A stretch of 64,000 bases of DNA from an uncultured Chloroflexota bacterium (GCA_913048525.1 CAJWWP010000001.1:47074-111073); one strand, 5' to 3'. Shown: positions 44,464-54,761, counted from the stretch's first letter. The notes: generated by a model not told the origin, from the letters alone. A program made the numbers and translations.

Positions 44464-45621
44464 ATGATCACAAAATTCGATAGCCTTTTTGCCGGCCACG
44501 TAGATATGGATAACGTTGGATATGCTGGAGTCGCTGTTAACGATAGAGTTTTTGGTAACGACAGTTTGTCTGGTGTTTTCGACAAAACCTCAAAAATAGC
44601 CAAAACCATGGATGAGAGTGGATTTAACACGTTTTGGATGGCTGAGCATCACTTTCAACCTGAAGGGTATGAATGTCTCCCAAATGTATTGATGCTTGCA
44701 GTACATTTAGCGCATTTAACTTCCAACATAAAACTTGGGTGCGGATTTAATATTGCTCCCATGTGGCATCCTCTCAGGCTGGCGGAAGACTATGCTACTG
44801 CAGATATACTCACAGGAGGTAGGACGGTTTTCGGGGTTGGTAGGGGATATCACACCAGGGAGGTGGAGTCCTTTGGGTCCCCTTTACTTGACCAGCCAGC
44901 CAACAGGAATCTGTTTGAAGAGCAGGTCGACATCATATTTAAGGCGTTTCACAATGAGAGTTTTTCCCATAAAGGGGAAAATTATGTCATACCTCCAGAA
45001 GTTGAATACAGAGGGTATGATTTAGAAGAGATAACTCTAGTTCCACGTCCAGTCAACACGCCTGTTGAGTGCTGGCAACCAATCCAGAGTGCTACTCCAA
45101 GAGGGATGGATTTTATGGCCAAGCATGGCATAAGTGGAATTATTGGAGGAGGGAGCTCTGAAGGTGGTGCAATGGTGAATGCTATGAATGCATTTAGGGA
45201 CGCGTATCAGCGTGCAGGGACGGAGTTGGAACTTGGCGAAAAGCTTTCGATAGGATTTCACTATCATATAGCTGATACTAAAGAAAAGGCTATGGAAGAG
45301 GTGGCAGGATATTATGAAGAAAACCTTAAGATGTTCGGTCCATTAAGGTTGGTGAGAGCCCTTTCAGATGAACAGATTGAAATTATGTCAGATCCATCAC
45401 GTGCCCCTACAGCCGATTTGCCGAGAATAGAGGATGCAGTGGCAGCCGGCGGTGTCTTAGCAGGTCCTCCTGATCTAATAATTCAGCAGCTCAAAGAACT
45501 TGAAAAGCTTTATCCCGGACTAGACAGAGTTAGTGTTAGCCATCCTATGGGCACGCCAGAAACAGTTATTACGGAGCAGCTTCAACAATTTTCAGAAGAG
45601 GTTATGCCCGCTTTCAAGTAG
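44464..45621 (+). CDS. luciferase-like flavin-dependent monooxygenase (LLM)
   Basis: 385 aa. FNTFWMAEHHFQPEGY ... IKLGCGFNIAPMWHP ... GRTVFGVGRGY. Confidence 0.85.
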   Translation: MITKFDSLFAGHVDMDNVGYAGVAVNDRVFGNDSLSGVFDKTSKIAKTMDESGFNTFWMAEHHFQPEGYECLPNVLMLAVHLAHLTSNIKLGCGFNIAPMWHPLRLAEDYATADILTGGRTVFGVGRGYHTREVESFGSPLLDQPANRNLFEEQVDIIFKAFHNESFSHKGENYVIPPEVEYRGYDLEEITLVPRPVNTPVECWQPIQSATPRGMDFMAKHGISGIIGGGSSEGGAMVNAMNAFRDAYQRAGTELELGEKLSIGFHYHIADTKEKAMEEVAGYYEENLKMFGPLRLVRALSDEQIEIMSDPSRAPTADLPRIEDAVAAGGVLAGPPDLIIQQLKELEKLYPGLDRVSVSHPMGTPETVITEQLQQFSEEVMPAFK

Positions 45622-45630
45622 ATCAATGTT

Positions 45631-46497
45631 TTATGGTCGGGCCATTTGAAGAAATTTCTCGATGGAATTTATGTGTTCGTCGGGGAACTTCAACCCGTTG
45701 TTCATTGTGTTAACGGATAGATGAGTTGCTCCCAAATTTCGCCATCCATCAATTTCATTTTGAACATCTGAGTCGGAAAGATCCTTCAATGTGACCCAGC
45801 TTTCTATCCCTATATCGCCTATGTCACGACCTTCTTCTCTCAGATATCCGGTTAGTTTTTCGATCATTAGCTGCCGAGATTCGTCAGGTTTTCCCACTGG
45901 CATCCATCCATCCCCGAGTCGAGCAACCCTTTTCAGCACGATATCGGCAGTTCCACCAAACCATATTGGTATCGAGCCTTCGGGTGGAAGTGGGTTTATT
46001 CCTGCATCAGTCACTTTATGGGATTTGCCTTCATATGTGATTAACTCGTTCTGCCAGAGGGACCTCATCAGGTCTATTTGTTCCTCAGATCTCTTACCCC
46101 TTGTGGAAAAATCTTGATCTAGGGCTTCATATTCCACGGGGTTCCATCCGATTCCGATCCCCATTCTAAGTCTTCCTCCAGATAGAAGGGATACTGTGGC
46201 GGCCTGCTTAGCAGCAAGAACGGTTTGTCTCTGCGGAAGAATTATTATTCCTGTAACCAATTCTATTTTTTCAGTTGTGGCGGCTATGTGACCAAACAAT
46301 ACCAAAGGTTCGTAGAACGAGTCGGTGTGGCGGTATGCCCCCGACCAACCTGGCCTGCTTTCAGCGTTAGCTCCTATCACGTGGTCAAATGCCAATATAT
46401 GATCGAATCCTAACGATTCTACGGCTTGTGAATATGCCTTTATTGCTCCTGGATCGGTTCCGGACTCTGTCTGTGGGAAAACAGCTCCTATACGCAT
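45631..46497 (-). CDS. short LLM-class oxidoreductase (size and N-terminus typical of the F420-dependent subgroup; cofactor not determinable)
   Basis: 288 aa. MRIGAVFPQTE ... GFDHILAFDHV ... GRLRMGIGIGW. AAAGGAAT SD. Confidence 0.75.
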   Translation of the reverse strand: MRIGAVFPQTESGTDPGAIKAYSQAVESLGFDHILAFDHVIGANAESRPGWSGAYRHTDSFYEPLVLFGHIAATTEKIELVTGIIILPQRQTVLAAKQAATVSLLSGGRLRMGIGIGWNPVEYEALDQDFSTRGKRSEEQIDLMRSLWQNELITYEGKSHKVTDAGINPLPPEGSIPIWFGGTADIVLKRVARLGDGWMPVGKPDESRQLMIEKLTGYLREEGRDIGDIGIESWVTLKDLSDSDVQNEIDGWRNLGATHLSVNTMNNGLKFPDEHINSIEKFLQMARP

Positions 46498-46535
46498 TTT
46501 AAATTCCTTTAATTTGTCTTTTGTTCAGGTACCAG

Positions 46536-47597
46536 TTAGGACAGTGCATTTGTATAAATCGTTTTTTCCGATGCTGATGATTTATATACAGATAAGGCCA
46601 CCTCCAAAACCTTGGTCGAGAAGTTTATATCCATATCGGGGTTCTTTTCATCAATTATTGAGTCAACGAAGCTTGCAGCTGCTCCTTTGAAACCGTGGAT
46701 CCAGTCTGATGGTATGTCGTAAGTAGTGGTATGGTCTCCTTTTATCAAAATAACCGGCGCCATATCCAAAAACTCGCCCGTACATCTTGTTACCCAAATT
46801 GTTCCTTTTGGACCAACTATCTCAAAGAATTCATCAGCTGGGTAATATTTGGTTCTCATTGGCATATCTTTGGCGCTCGAATAGTCCATAGTGACCAGAC
46901 AGTCTTTGTCCCTCACTTTCATCACGGCGGCACTGGGGGTATTGTCTATGTAGTCCTCGTTGTGAGTCACGATACTGGTTACTTTCTCGATATCTCCTAC
47001 CCAAGATATAGCAGTTGCATATTTATGCCATCCGTCGTCGTAGAGCATGCCACCAGGATTAAGTTTAGGATTCCGACGCCAGAGATAAGTATCGGTTTCA
47101 ACTGGTACTCTTACTTTATCCATCCCACCCCTTATTGTTCGTATTCTCACTAAAGAAGGTGATCCGATTTCTCCAGAGTCTATGAGTTGTTTAGCTTTGA
47201 CTATCGGAGGGTAATACAGAAAGTTTTCAGTTACTCTGAATATCCGGTCACTTTTTTTAACCATTTTCCCAATTTCTGAGGCTTCCTTCATTGAAGTAGC
47301 GAGTGGTTTTTGACATGAGATGTGTTTCCCGGCCTTTAGTCCAGAGATAATTTGTTCCGCGTGTAAATATGTTGGCGTTAATAATTCAACTGCGTCTACA
47401 TTCTTATTTGAAAGGATGTCATCATATTCAGTGAATATATCTGGGCTAATTCCCCATTCTTTAGCTTTTGATGTAGCTCTTTCAGGGATAGGATCACAGA
47501 GTGCGATAATTTCGCATTTACTGTGATCTAGGTAACCAGGTACGTTAAGGTTGGAGATGGCTCCACAACCTACAATAGCTAATTTGACCTTGTCCAT
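46536..47597 (-). CDS. Gfo/Idh/MocA family NAD(P)-dependent oxidoreductase
   Basis: 353 aa. N-terminal Rossmann KLAIVGCGAIS and the EKP-like CQKPLA motif. AAGGTGA SD. Confidence 0.85.
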   Translation of the reverse strand: MDKVKLAIVGCGAISNLNVPGYLDHSKCEIIALCDPIPERATSKAKEWGISPDIFTEYDDILSNKNVDAVELLTPTYLHAEQIISGLKAGKHISCQKPLATSMKEASEIGKMVKKSDRIFRVTENFLYYPPIVKAKQLIDSGEIGSPSLVRIRTIRGGMDKVRVPVETDTYLWRRNPKLNPGGMLYDDGWHKYATAISWVGDIEKVTSIVTHNEDYIDNTPSAAVMKVRDKDCLVTMDYSSAKDMPMRTKYYPADEFFEIVGPKGTIWVTRCTGEFLDMAPVILIKGDHTTTYDIPSDWIHGFKGAAASFVDSIIDEKNPDMDINFSTKVLEVALSVYKSSASEKTIYTNALS

Positions 47598-47656
47598 GGT
47601 TTTTTCACCTTATGATTTTTAGCTAATTTATTGAGTTAGGGCTGAAGATCCCTTCG

Positions 47657-48589
47657 CTATTCATCATCATTTCCAGCCAACCTGACTTCAATGTTTCCAG
47701 CCCTTTCTTCTTGTAGAAGTAATGCTATCCGGGAGTCCTGTTCGGCCCAGCCTCTGTTAAGAGCAGCAGTTAGTTCATTATAGGCGTGGCTTGCAGCTTC
47801 CATCGGGACGTCATACTCTCTTCCAAGTTCCAAGGCTAAAGCCACATCTTTTCGGGCTAGTTTAAGTGCGAAATTAGGTGGATCAAACTTCCCCTTAAAA
47901 TATGTTTCCGGTAGTGTAACGTTAAGTAAATTTCCTCTGCCTACACTTCCATTTCTAATACACTCGACCAGAGCCTCTGCTTCAACGCCGGCTTTTACAC
48001 CAAGCGTAAGGCATTCTGACAGGATCATCTGCATTCCGTAACCGATTGAGTTGTGCATGAGTTTACATATACTGCCAGCACCTATATCTCCTGTATAAGT
48101 CACCTTGTCCCCAAAAGATTCAAGGAGCGGCAACAGTTGGTCGAAAGTATCTCTATCTCCTCCAACCATCACAGCTAGCAATCCTTTTTGTGCCCCCCTC
48201 ACCCCTCCACTGATGGGTGCATCCATCACAGTGGCACCTTTGTTTCCAAAGGTGTCTGCAAGTCTACGTATCAACGTTGGAGAACTAGTGCTAAGATCCA
48301 ACCAGACAGAACTTCCTGAAACGCCTTCGAGTAAGCCATTTTCTCCAGTAGCGACTGCTTCCACTTCCAGTGGCCCTGGAAGAGAGGTGAATATCACGTC
48401 ACATTTTTCCGCTACCTCCCTCGGGCTATCAGCCCATTCAGCGCCGAATTCCAGTATCGGGATCGCTGCATTGCGGTCTAGGTCATGTACGATCATCTTG
48501 TACCCTGACTTAGCTATATTCATAGACATTCCACTTCCCATGTTTCCAAGACCTATAAATCCAACCACTGTGTCTGAACCCTTGCCCAT
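47657..48589 (-). CDS. beta-hydroxyacid dehydrogenase (3-hydroxyisobutyrate dehydrogenase family)
   Basis: 310 aa. VGFIGLGNMGSGMSMN, DAPISGG, and the catalytic-Lys context CKLMHN. Confidence 0.85.
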   Translation of the reverse strand: MGKGSDTVVGFIGLGNMGSGMSMNIAKSGYKMIVHDLDRNAAIPILEFGAEWADSPREVAEKCDVIFTSLPGPLEVEAVATGENGLLEGVSGSSVWLDLSTSSPTLIRRLADTFGNKGATVMDAPISGGVRGAQKGLLAVMVGGDRDTFDQLLPLLESFGDKVTYTGDIGAGSICKLMHNSIGYGMQMILSECLTLGVKAGVEAEALVECIRNGSVGRGNLLNVTLPETYFKGKFDPPNFALKLARKDVALALELGREYDVPMEAASHAYNELTAALNRGWAEQDSRIALLLQEERAGNIEVRLAGNDDE

Positions 48590-48743
48590 TTAATGACTCC
48601 CGAATTAGTATTTGCCTAGTTTTCGTTTTGAGGATGCCGTTATCCAGGATTGGTGGCATCAAACCTTGGAGTCATGTTAGTTGCTTGGATGAAGCGTTAC
48701 AAATATGTCTAATGGACCGGTGTAACAGTAAAAGGAGTTGTAA

Positions 48744-49583
48744 ATGCAGGAAACCATTCGCGTCGGGAATGTAGATATTGTGGCCTTGCTTGATTTAATC
48801 CCACCAGCAAGGGCGACTGAGGACTTTTTCCCGGATGTGCCATCTAGCGCATGGGAACCCTATAAGGACGAGGTGTTAGAGAAAGGCAATTTACAGCTGT
48901 ACTACGGTTGTTTCCTCGCAAGGAGTAATGGGAAAAACGTTCTTGTAGATACCGGGATTGGACCTGGACCGCATCCAAGCCGCGATAACAAAAAGGGCAA
49001 TTTGATAAATGATCTCAAGAGAGTTGGGGTTGATCCGTCAGATGTGGATATTGTTGTGCATAGCCATTTGCATATTGATCACGTGGGTTGGAACCTGGAT
49101 CTAACTACTGATCCCCCCAAACCATATTTTCCGAATGCAAGGTATCTCGTGCCAAGGGTAGATTGGGATCATTTTAGGAAGCCAGAGAATCTCGTTAATG
49201 CTCCCTGGGTATCTGAAAATGTGATACCTCTTCAGGGTCTTTCACTGATGGATCTTTTTGAGGACGGTGACTCGATAACAGACGAGATCACAGCCATGAT
49301 AACCCCTGGGCACACTCCTGGGCATATGGTCTTTCTTTTGGACTCAGCTGGATCAAAAGGTGCCATCACAGGAGATGCCATCCACAGCAAGGTACAAATA
49401 CAAGAGCCATCCTGGAGTGCTGGCGTAGACGTTGACAAGTCTGCTAGTGAGAGGAGTCGTTTGGAACTCATTCGAAGGGCGGTATCCGGTGACTTGATTA
49501 TAGCGGCGGGACACTTTCATCCTGATGAACACTTCGGGAGAATTAAACAAGAGGGTGAGAAGGCTAAGTGGGTTGTCGCCTAA
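48744..49583 (+). CDS. MBL-fold metallo-hydrolase
   Basis: 279 aa. HSHLHIDHVGW, TPGHTPGH, GHFH. AAAGGAG SD. Confidence 0.8.
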   Translation: MQETIRVGNVDIVALLDLIPPARATEDFFPDVPSSAWEPYKDEVLEKGNLQLYYGCFLARSNGKNVLVDTGIGPGPHPSRDNKKGNLINDLKRVGVDPSDVDIVVHSHLHIDHVGWNLDLTTDPPKPYFPNARYLVPRVDWDHFRKPENLVNAPWVSENVIPLQGLSLMDLFEDGDSITDEITAMITPGHTPGHMVFLLDSAGSKGAITGDAIHSKVQIQEPSWSAGVDVDKSASERSRLELIRRAVSGDLIIAAGHFHPDEHFGRIKQEGEKAKWVVA

Positions 49584-49635
49584 GTGAGTGAAAAAAATTG
49601 AAATTCAATTAAGATTTGATTTGGAGGAGAATTAA

Positions 49636-50394
49636 ATGGGTAGACTGGATGGGAAAGTCGCAATTATCTCAGGTGGGTCAAAAGGTCAAGGAGCCGTAGA
49701 GACGAAGCTGTTTGTATCAGAAGGAGCAAAAGTTTTATTTGGAGATATTCTTGACGACGAGGGGCAGCAGATTGAAAGTGAAATTGCTGAAACTGGAGGA
49801 GAAGCCACTTACTGTCATCTGGACGTTACAAGTGAATCGGACTGGGAATCAGTTGTTCGTTTGGCGGAAGAAAAATATGGGAGGTTGGATATACTAGTCA
49901 ATAACGCTGGGGTGTCAATTAGACACGAGGGGATGGATTTAACAGGTGATGAGTGGGATGCTGTCATGAACATTAACGCTAAAGGGGTATTTCTTGGCAC
50001 CAAGGCATGCATTCCTGCTATGCAGAGGTCTGGAGGGGGATCTATAGTAAACATTTCCTCTATTGCTGGTAACTATGGGAGACCATTGGCTGCTCCAGTT
50101 TACTCCGCTTCCAAGGGGGCAGTAAGGGTATTCACTAAATCTACGGCTGGAAGGTTTTCGGCCGATGGAATACGGGCTAATTCGATACACCCTGGCCCTA
50201 TTGACACAGACATGATTCGAGCAGCGACAAACTCTGTGAGACCAGAGTCACGTGTGGGTGAAATACCTTTAGGCAGATTAGGAAAGCCTGAAGATGTGGC
50301 TTTTGGCGTTTTGTTTCTAGCCTCTGACGAGTCTTCGTTTATTACAGCGAGTGAGTTGACTATAGACGGGGGAGTGACAGGTATAAGACCCTAG
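49636..50394 (+). CDS. short-chain dehydrogenase/reductase (SDR)
   Basis: 252 aa. SGGSKGQGAV, NNAG, YSASK. GGAGGAG SD. Confidence 0.9.
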   Translation: MGRLDGKVAIISGGSKGQGAVETKLFVSEGAKVLFGDILDDEGQQIESEIAETGGEATYCHLDVTSESDWESVVRLAEEKYGRLDILVNNAGVSIRHEGMDLTGDEWDAVMNINAKGVFLGTKACIPAMQRSGGGSIVNISSIAGNYGRPLAAPVYSASKGAVRVFTKSTAGRFSADGIRANSIHPGPIDTDMIRAATNSVRPESRVGEIPLGRLGKPEDVAFGVLFLASDESSFITASELTIDGGVTGIRP

Positions 50395-50431
50395 CTATTT
50401 CTAAGAATTTCTGATTTTTAAAGGAGTAATT

Positions 50432-51184
50432 ATGTTGAACAAAGCTAAACAAAAAATGTTGGAAGGGCGACCAGCTGTTGGGGCAGAAGTTAATCTTGGG
50501 TCTACCTTGTCAGTTGAAATAATTGCCCCGTTGGGTTTTGATTTTGTAATTGTAGATAACCAACATGGGAATTGGGCTGACCAAACTAGCATGCTGGCTT
50601 TCAGAAACATAGTCCTTGGCGGATCCGTTCCTATGGCAAGGGTTCGGAAGAACGACTTTGGCCTAATTGGCCGGTTATTGGACAACGGGTCACTGGGAGT
50701 TGTTGTTCCCATGGTTAATAATGCAGATGAGGCGAAGGAGGCTGTGTATGCAGCAAGGTATCCTCCTCTTGGAGGCAGATCGTCTGGCGCATTTGGAGTT
50801 GGTATACATGGTCCGGGATATGACGAATGGGCTGGTGAAGAAATATTTTTGGGAGTTCAGATAGAGACGGCGGAGGGAGCTCAAAACGCCAAAGAAATCA
50901 TGTCCGTAGAGGGTATAGATGGTTGTTGGATTGGTCCAGGAGATTTATCTCGCTACAGTGGGATGGATTTAACAACGCAAGAAGGGAGGGATTTGCACCA
51001 TAAAACCATTGAGGAGATAATTGCTGACTGCCAAGAGGCTGGAAAGATACCTGGGATTTGGACTGGCGACGCTGACGGTGCAAATCACTGGATTTCTCAT
51101 GGATGTCTGTTTCTTACAGCTGGTGCCGACGGTGGGTGGGTTGAGAAAATGGCGAAACAAACACTAGCAGATTTGGACATATAA
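50432..51184 (+). CDS. HpcH/HpaI-family 2-keto-3-deoxy-acid aldolase
   Basis: 250 aa. GFDFVIVDNQHG ... ARVRKND ... LLDNGSLGVVVPMVNNADEAKEAV..ARYPPLGGRS matches the HpaI/HpcH class II aldolase pattern. AAAGGAG SD. Confidence 0.85.
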   Translation: MLNKAKQKMLEGRPAVGAEVNLGSTLSVEIIAPLGFDFVIVDNQHGNWADQTSMLAFRNIVLGGSVPMARVRKNDFGLIGRLLDNGSLGVVVPMVNNADEAKEAVYAARYPPLGGRSSGAFGVGIHGPGYDEWAGEEIFLGVQIETAEGAQNAKEIMSVEGIDGCWIGPGDLSRYSGMDLTTQEGRDLHHKTIEEIIADCQEAGKIPGIWTGDADGANHWISHGCLFLTAGADGGWVEKMAKQTLADLDI

Positions 51185-51216
51185 ATTTCACCGGATTTAT
51201 CTGACAGGCAGATGGT

Positions 51217-52587
51217 TCAGTGGCTGGCTGACTTGTGGGAAGGATGAATAGGCTTTTTGGCGAATAGAAAGGCTACGCTTCCTACGGCGCCCAAAATAGC
51301 CATTGATACAAATGCAGTTGTGTAGTCCTGATGTCGGTCGAAAAGTGTCCCAGCAAACACTGGGCCTATCATGGTCATTATCATCATTATAATGGCGGAT
51401 ATTCCCATGATTTTGCCAAATGACTTTCTTCCGAAATATTCGCCTCTCATGGCGGTTGTTATGGGGGCTCGTGCTCCAAACCCTGCTCCGTATATTATTG
51501 CAAAGAGTAGAGCTGTCCATACGGAACTGACAATAACAGCGAGGGCGACTCCAATTGCCTGAAGACATCCAAAACAAAACAGTGCATATCGTTTTGTTAC
51601 CCTGTCTCCTATAACCCCGCCAAAAAGTTGGGATAAACCACCTATACCCATAGATATACCCCACACCAAAGCCGCGATTTCGAGTGTTAGACCCTGATTC
51701 TTAAAAGCTAATATCAGGTGTACCATCATGGTGGAGGTCATCATAGCTGAGGCTCCGTGACCAATTGATATGTACCAGAATGCTTTTTCTCTGATTGCTT
51801 CAGTAATTGTGAAATCCTGATTGTTAGTCACAATATTGGCTGATTCAGCGGCTATGTTTTCCTTGTTTTTTATACCGTCTGGAACTTCTCCTATCTCTTC
51901 AGGAGTGTTTCTAATGGTTTTCCAAATTAGTATTGGCACGAACAGGAATATTAGAGAAATCAATACGGCTGTGAGGCGCCACCCGAGTATTTCGGGAAGC
52001 ATCAATAATGCTAATAGGGGAACAATAGCGAATGTTCCGACCGAAAATCCCACTCCTCCTATTGACATAGCTAGGCTTCTATTTCTATCGAACCAGTTGT
52101 TAATGATTACTGTCATTGGTATCCATGCCCCTAGGGTGGATCCCAGCATTATCACGAGATAGGCAAGATAAAATATTAGCGGGTCATTCCATCTGGAGTC
52201 TCCTGGTGTGAAAGGATTTGTTGCACTTAGTAATAGATACCCTATAACTCCGACAAAAGCTCCGGATATCGCTGTTTTTTTCCCCCCGAACCTGTCGATC
52301 AAGTAGCCCACAATTGGCGCGGCGATGCTTCCTTCTAGTTGTCCCAATGAAAATGCCCAGGATAATTGCCCTCTTGCCCATCCAAAATCACGTTCTAAAG
52401 AGTCAATCCAAAGCCCTGTTGCTCCAAATGTTGGGCCTGAGAGGATTGCATTTACAGCTAGAGCGGTAACTGCTATCCACCAACCGTAAAATATTTTGTT
52501 TGGGTGAGGTTTAGGAAACAAAGACGTCCGGCTTTCTTTAGAAAAAGAAGTTTGAGTAGATCTCGTGCGAGCCTGCCACTTCGTCAA
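51217..52587 (-). CDS. MFS transporter
   Basis: 456 aa, about 12 TM segments. Motif A GYLIDRFGGKK. The start is uncertain (TTG 52587, poor SD). Confidence 0.75.
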   Translation of the reverse strand: MTKWQARTRSTQTSFSKESRTSLFPKPHPNKIFYGWWIAVTALAVNAILSGPTFGATGLWIDSLERDFGWARGQLSWAFSLGQLEGSIAAPIVGYLIDRFGGKKTAISGAFVGVIGYLLLSATNPFTPGDSRWNDPLIFYLAYLVIMLGSTLGAWIPMTVIINNWFDRNRSLAMSIGGVGFSVGTFAIVPLLALLMLPEILGWRLTAVLISLIFLFVPILIWKTIRNTPEEIGEVPDGIKNKENIAAESANIVTNNQDFTITEAIREKAFWYISIGHGASAMMTSTMMVHLILAFKNQGLTLEIAALVWGISMGIGGLSQLFGGVIGDRVTKRYALFCFGCLQAIGVALAVIVSSVWTALLFAIIYGAGFGARAPITTAMRGEYFGRKSFGKIMGISAIIMMIMTMIGPVFAGTLFDRHQDYTTAFVSMAILGAVGSVAFLFAKKPIHPSHKSASH

Positions 52588-52655
52588 CTCTCTAATCTAG
52601 GAAGTTTCAAACCTAAGGTTAAAGAATTGACGAAACTTCACTTGAAGTATTGCTA

Positions 52656-53918
52656 TTAGTCTCCCGTTGGTACCGCAGCTTCTTCTGAAATTTCTCCAAT
52701 GGGTTCCCCGGTCTTTGGACTAACCTCGAATGGACTGCGTAACTCTAGTTCATCCGCGATTTCTCGTACAGCTGGAATTACTTCTTCTCCCATCAGGCGA
52801 AGGCTTCTCATCTGATCATCGTGAGTCATGGCGCCGTCACCATCCCAGAAAAATACTGATCCTGGCCTTAGGTACTCCAACACGTGTCTTATTTTTGGAA
52901 TTACTGTTTTGGGAGTTCCCGAAATAATCGTGTAGTCTTCGACCTGCTCTTCAAAAGATCTAGAAAGTTGTCCGCCTCTGTTCGCTGTTGCAACATTGGC
53001 GGTTGGGAGTACTCTTCTCCGCGATGTTAATCCTGGAAGTTTCAACAAGGCAGGATTTGCAGTTCCTTCATTTCCAGCCAGAAATGGATTGCTTGGTCCT
53101 TGTACAAATTTCCTTGCGACTTCCTCTGCTAATTCCTCAGTTTCATCGACGTGAACCTTCCACAAATAGCCGAAGTTTTGGGACCCAGCCTCATATCCCT
53201 CTTCTTTGGCAGTGTCGTGGTACACCTGAAATGATTGGCGTGTTGGTTCTAATTGGGTGGCCAACATTATGTAAGGTATACGTTGCTTTGCAGCCCAGAC
53301 GATTGAGTCTCTGCTGACAACTCCTGGAAGCATAATTTGAGGGTGTGGCTTTTGGTAAGGGCGCATCCATGGATTTACGTACCTGTATTGGTAGTGTTTT
53401 CCTTCCCATCTAAATGGACCTGGTTCAGTCCAAGCTTTAATTATAAAATCGTGAGCTTCTTGGAATCTCTCCCAGTTATAAGCCGGAGGGGCGTTGTGAG
53501 AGACGCTCTCTCGACCAGTTCCTCGCACCCAACCAGAAACTAGACGTCCTTTAGATATCATATCGATCATCGCTAGCTGTTCGACGAGCCATAAAGGATC
53601 GTCCCATATCGGGAGAATGTTTCCAAGCAACACTATTTTGGCCTTTTTCGTTATACGGGCCAAAATAGAAGCTTCTACATTCATAGCTCCACCCATGCAG
53701 AATGGTGTGCTGTGATGCTCGTTAAGCATAAGTCCATCGAAGCCCATTTCTTCCGCATATACCTTTTCGTCCAAGTATCTGTTGTAGAGGGCAGATCCCA
53801 AAATTGGATCGTATATTTCGTTGCTTACGCTTAAGTCTTTTATCGGCAATCCCGTGGCACCAAAGTATCCCGAGTCAGGATCCTGGTAAGGTCTTTCAGT
53901 GAAGTGTCCGATGAACAT
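52656..53918 (-). CDS. luciferase-like flavin-dependent monooxygenase (LLM), long form
   Basis: 420 aa. GFDGLMLNEHHSTP ... IVLLGNILPIWDDP ... GRLVSGWVRGTG. GAGGAGG SD. Confidence 0.8.
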   Translation of the reverse strand: MFIGHFTERPYQDPDSGYFGATGLPIKDLSVSNEIYDPILGSALYNRYLDEKVYAEEMGFDGLMLNEHHSTPFCMGGAMNVEASILARITKKAKIVLLGNILPIWDDPLWLVEQLAMIDMISKGRLVSGWVRGTGRESVSHNAPPAYNWERFQEAHDFIIKAWTEPGPFRWEGKHYQYRYVNPWMRPYQKPHPQIMLPGVVSRDSIVWAAKQRIPYIMLATQLEPTRQSFQVYHDTAKEEGYEAGSQNFGYLWKVHVDETEELAEEVARKFVQGPSNPFLAGNEGTANPALLKLPGLTSRRRVLPTANVATANRGGQLSRSFEEQVEDYTIISGTPKTVIPKIRHVLEYLRPGSVFFWDGDGAMTHDDQMRSLRLMGEEVIPAVREIADELELRSPFEVSPKTGEPIGEISEEAAVPTGD

Positions 53919-53957
53919 TTATTGCCTCCTCATCACTAAATACGAAGTGAACGAGCA

Positions 53958-54761
53958 TTATTTTGAATCTAGGAACGTTGTTATTATTTTGACAAATTCG
54001 CCTGGTTTTTCAATCTCAGGTCTATGACCGACATTTTCCATCACCTGCATTGTGGAACCGGGTATAGACTCTTGATATATTCGGCCGGCATCGATGGGAA
54101 CTATTTTGTCGTTTCCCCCCCAAACAATCAGAGTATTTAAATTCTTTAGCCTGTGTAGCAGATGCTTCAGACCTAGACTGTACATATAGGGTTTCCATCC
54201 TAGTTTGCACGATTGCTCTCTAGCTATTTCCCAAAGTTCGAGCATTTCAGGACTGGGTTCCTCAGGGCATATGAGATCGAATTCAGCACAGGAACTGGAA
54301 TCGTGTATGGCTTCTCTCAGGTAGTCGGGAGCCAGGTTAAGAAATATGTCATATATTTCTCCCTCTTCAGGTTTGACTCCTGTGGGAGCAACAAGGGCTA
54401 GCTTACGAAACTTGGAAGGATCCATAACAGCCATCTCAGCAGCTAGCCATCCCCCAAAAGAAAATCCTACAAGGTCTATCTCGTCTAAGCCCATATCATC
54501 AAGTGCTTCTAGATACCATCCTGCAAGATCCCGAACCTGCATCATCCAATCAATCCCCTTAGATTCGTCATAGCCTGGATGGCTAGGGGCGTAAACTTTT
54601 CGGGATGTCGACAAGGTTTCGTGATAGCTCATCCAACCTGGGAACCCTAGTTCTCCGTGTAGGATCAGTAATGGACTACCTTCACCGGCAGTACGCATCT
54701 GAATTGTTGCCCCTGCCACTTCCAACCTGGATTCTTTAAAAGACGCTTCGCTAACGGCCAA
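53958..54761 (-). CDS. alpha/beta-fold hydrolase (C-C hydrolase/esterase-like)
   Basis: 267 aa. HG oxyanion motif LLILHGELG, nucleophile elbow GFSFGGW, C-terminal His (NVGHRP). Confidence 0.8.
   Translation of the reverse strand: MAVSEASFKESRLEVAGATIQMRTAGEGSPLLILHGELGFPGWMSYHETLSTSRKVYAPSHPGYDESKGIDWMMQVRDLAGWYLEALDDMGLDEIDLVGFSFGGWLAAEMAVMDPSKFRKLALVAPTGVKPEEGEIYDIFLNLAPDYLREAIHDSSSCAEFDLICPEEPSPEMLELWEIAREQSCKLGWKPYMYSLGLKHLLHRLKNLNTLIVWGGNDKIVPIDAGRIYQESIPGSTMQVMENVGHRPEIEKPGEFVKIITTFLDSK

Noticed and set aside
52601-52648. An 8-bp inverted repeat, GAAGTTTC-N23-GAAACTTC, plus an adjacent ACTTCA-CT-TGAAGT palindrome between the LLM stop and the MFS start.
   Set aside because: No U-tract follows on the transcribed (minus) strand, and the stems are AT-rich and mutually exclusive. 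It cannot be called a terminator or riboswitch from sequence alone.
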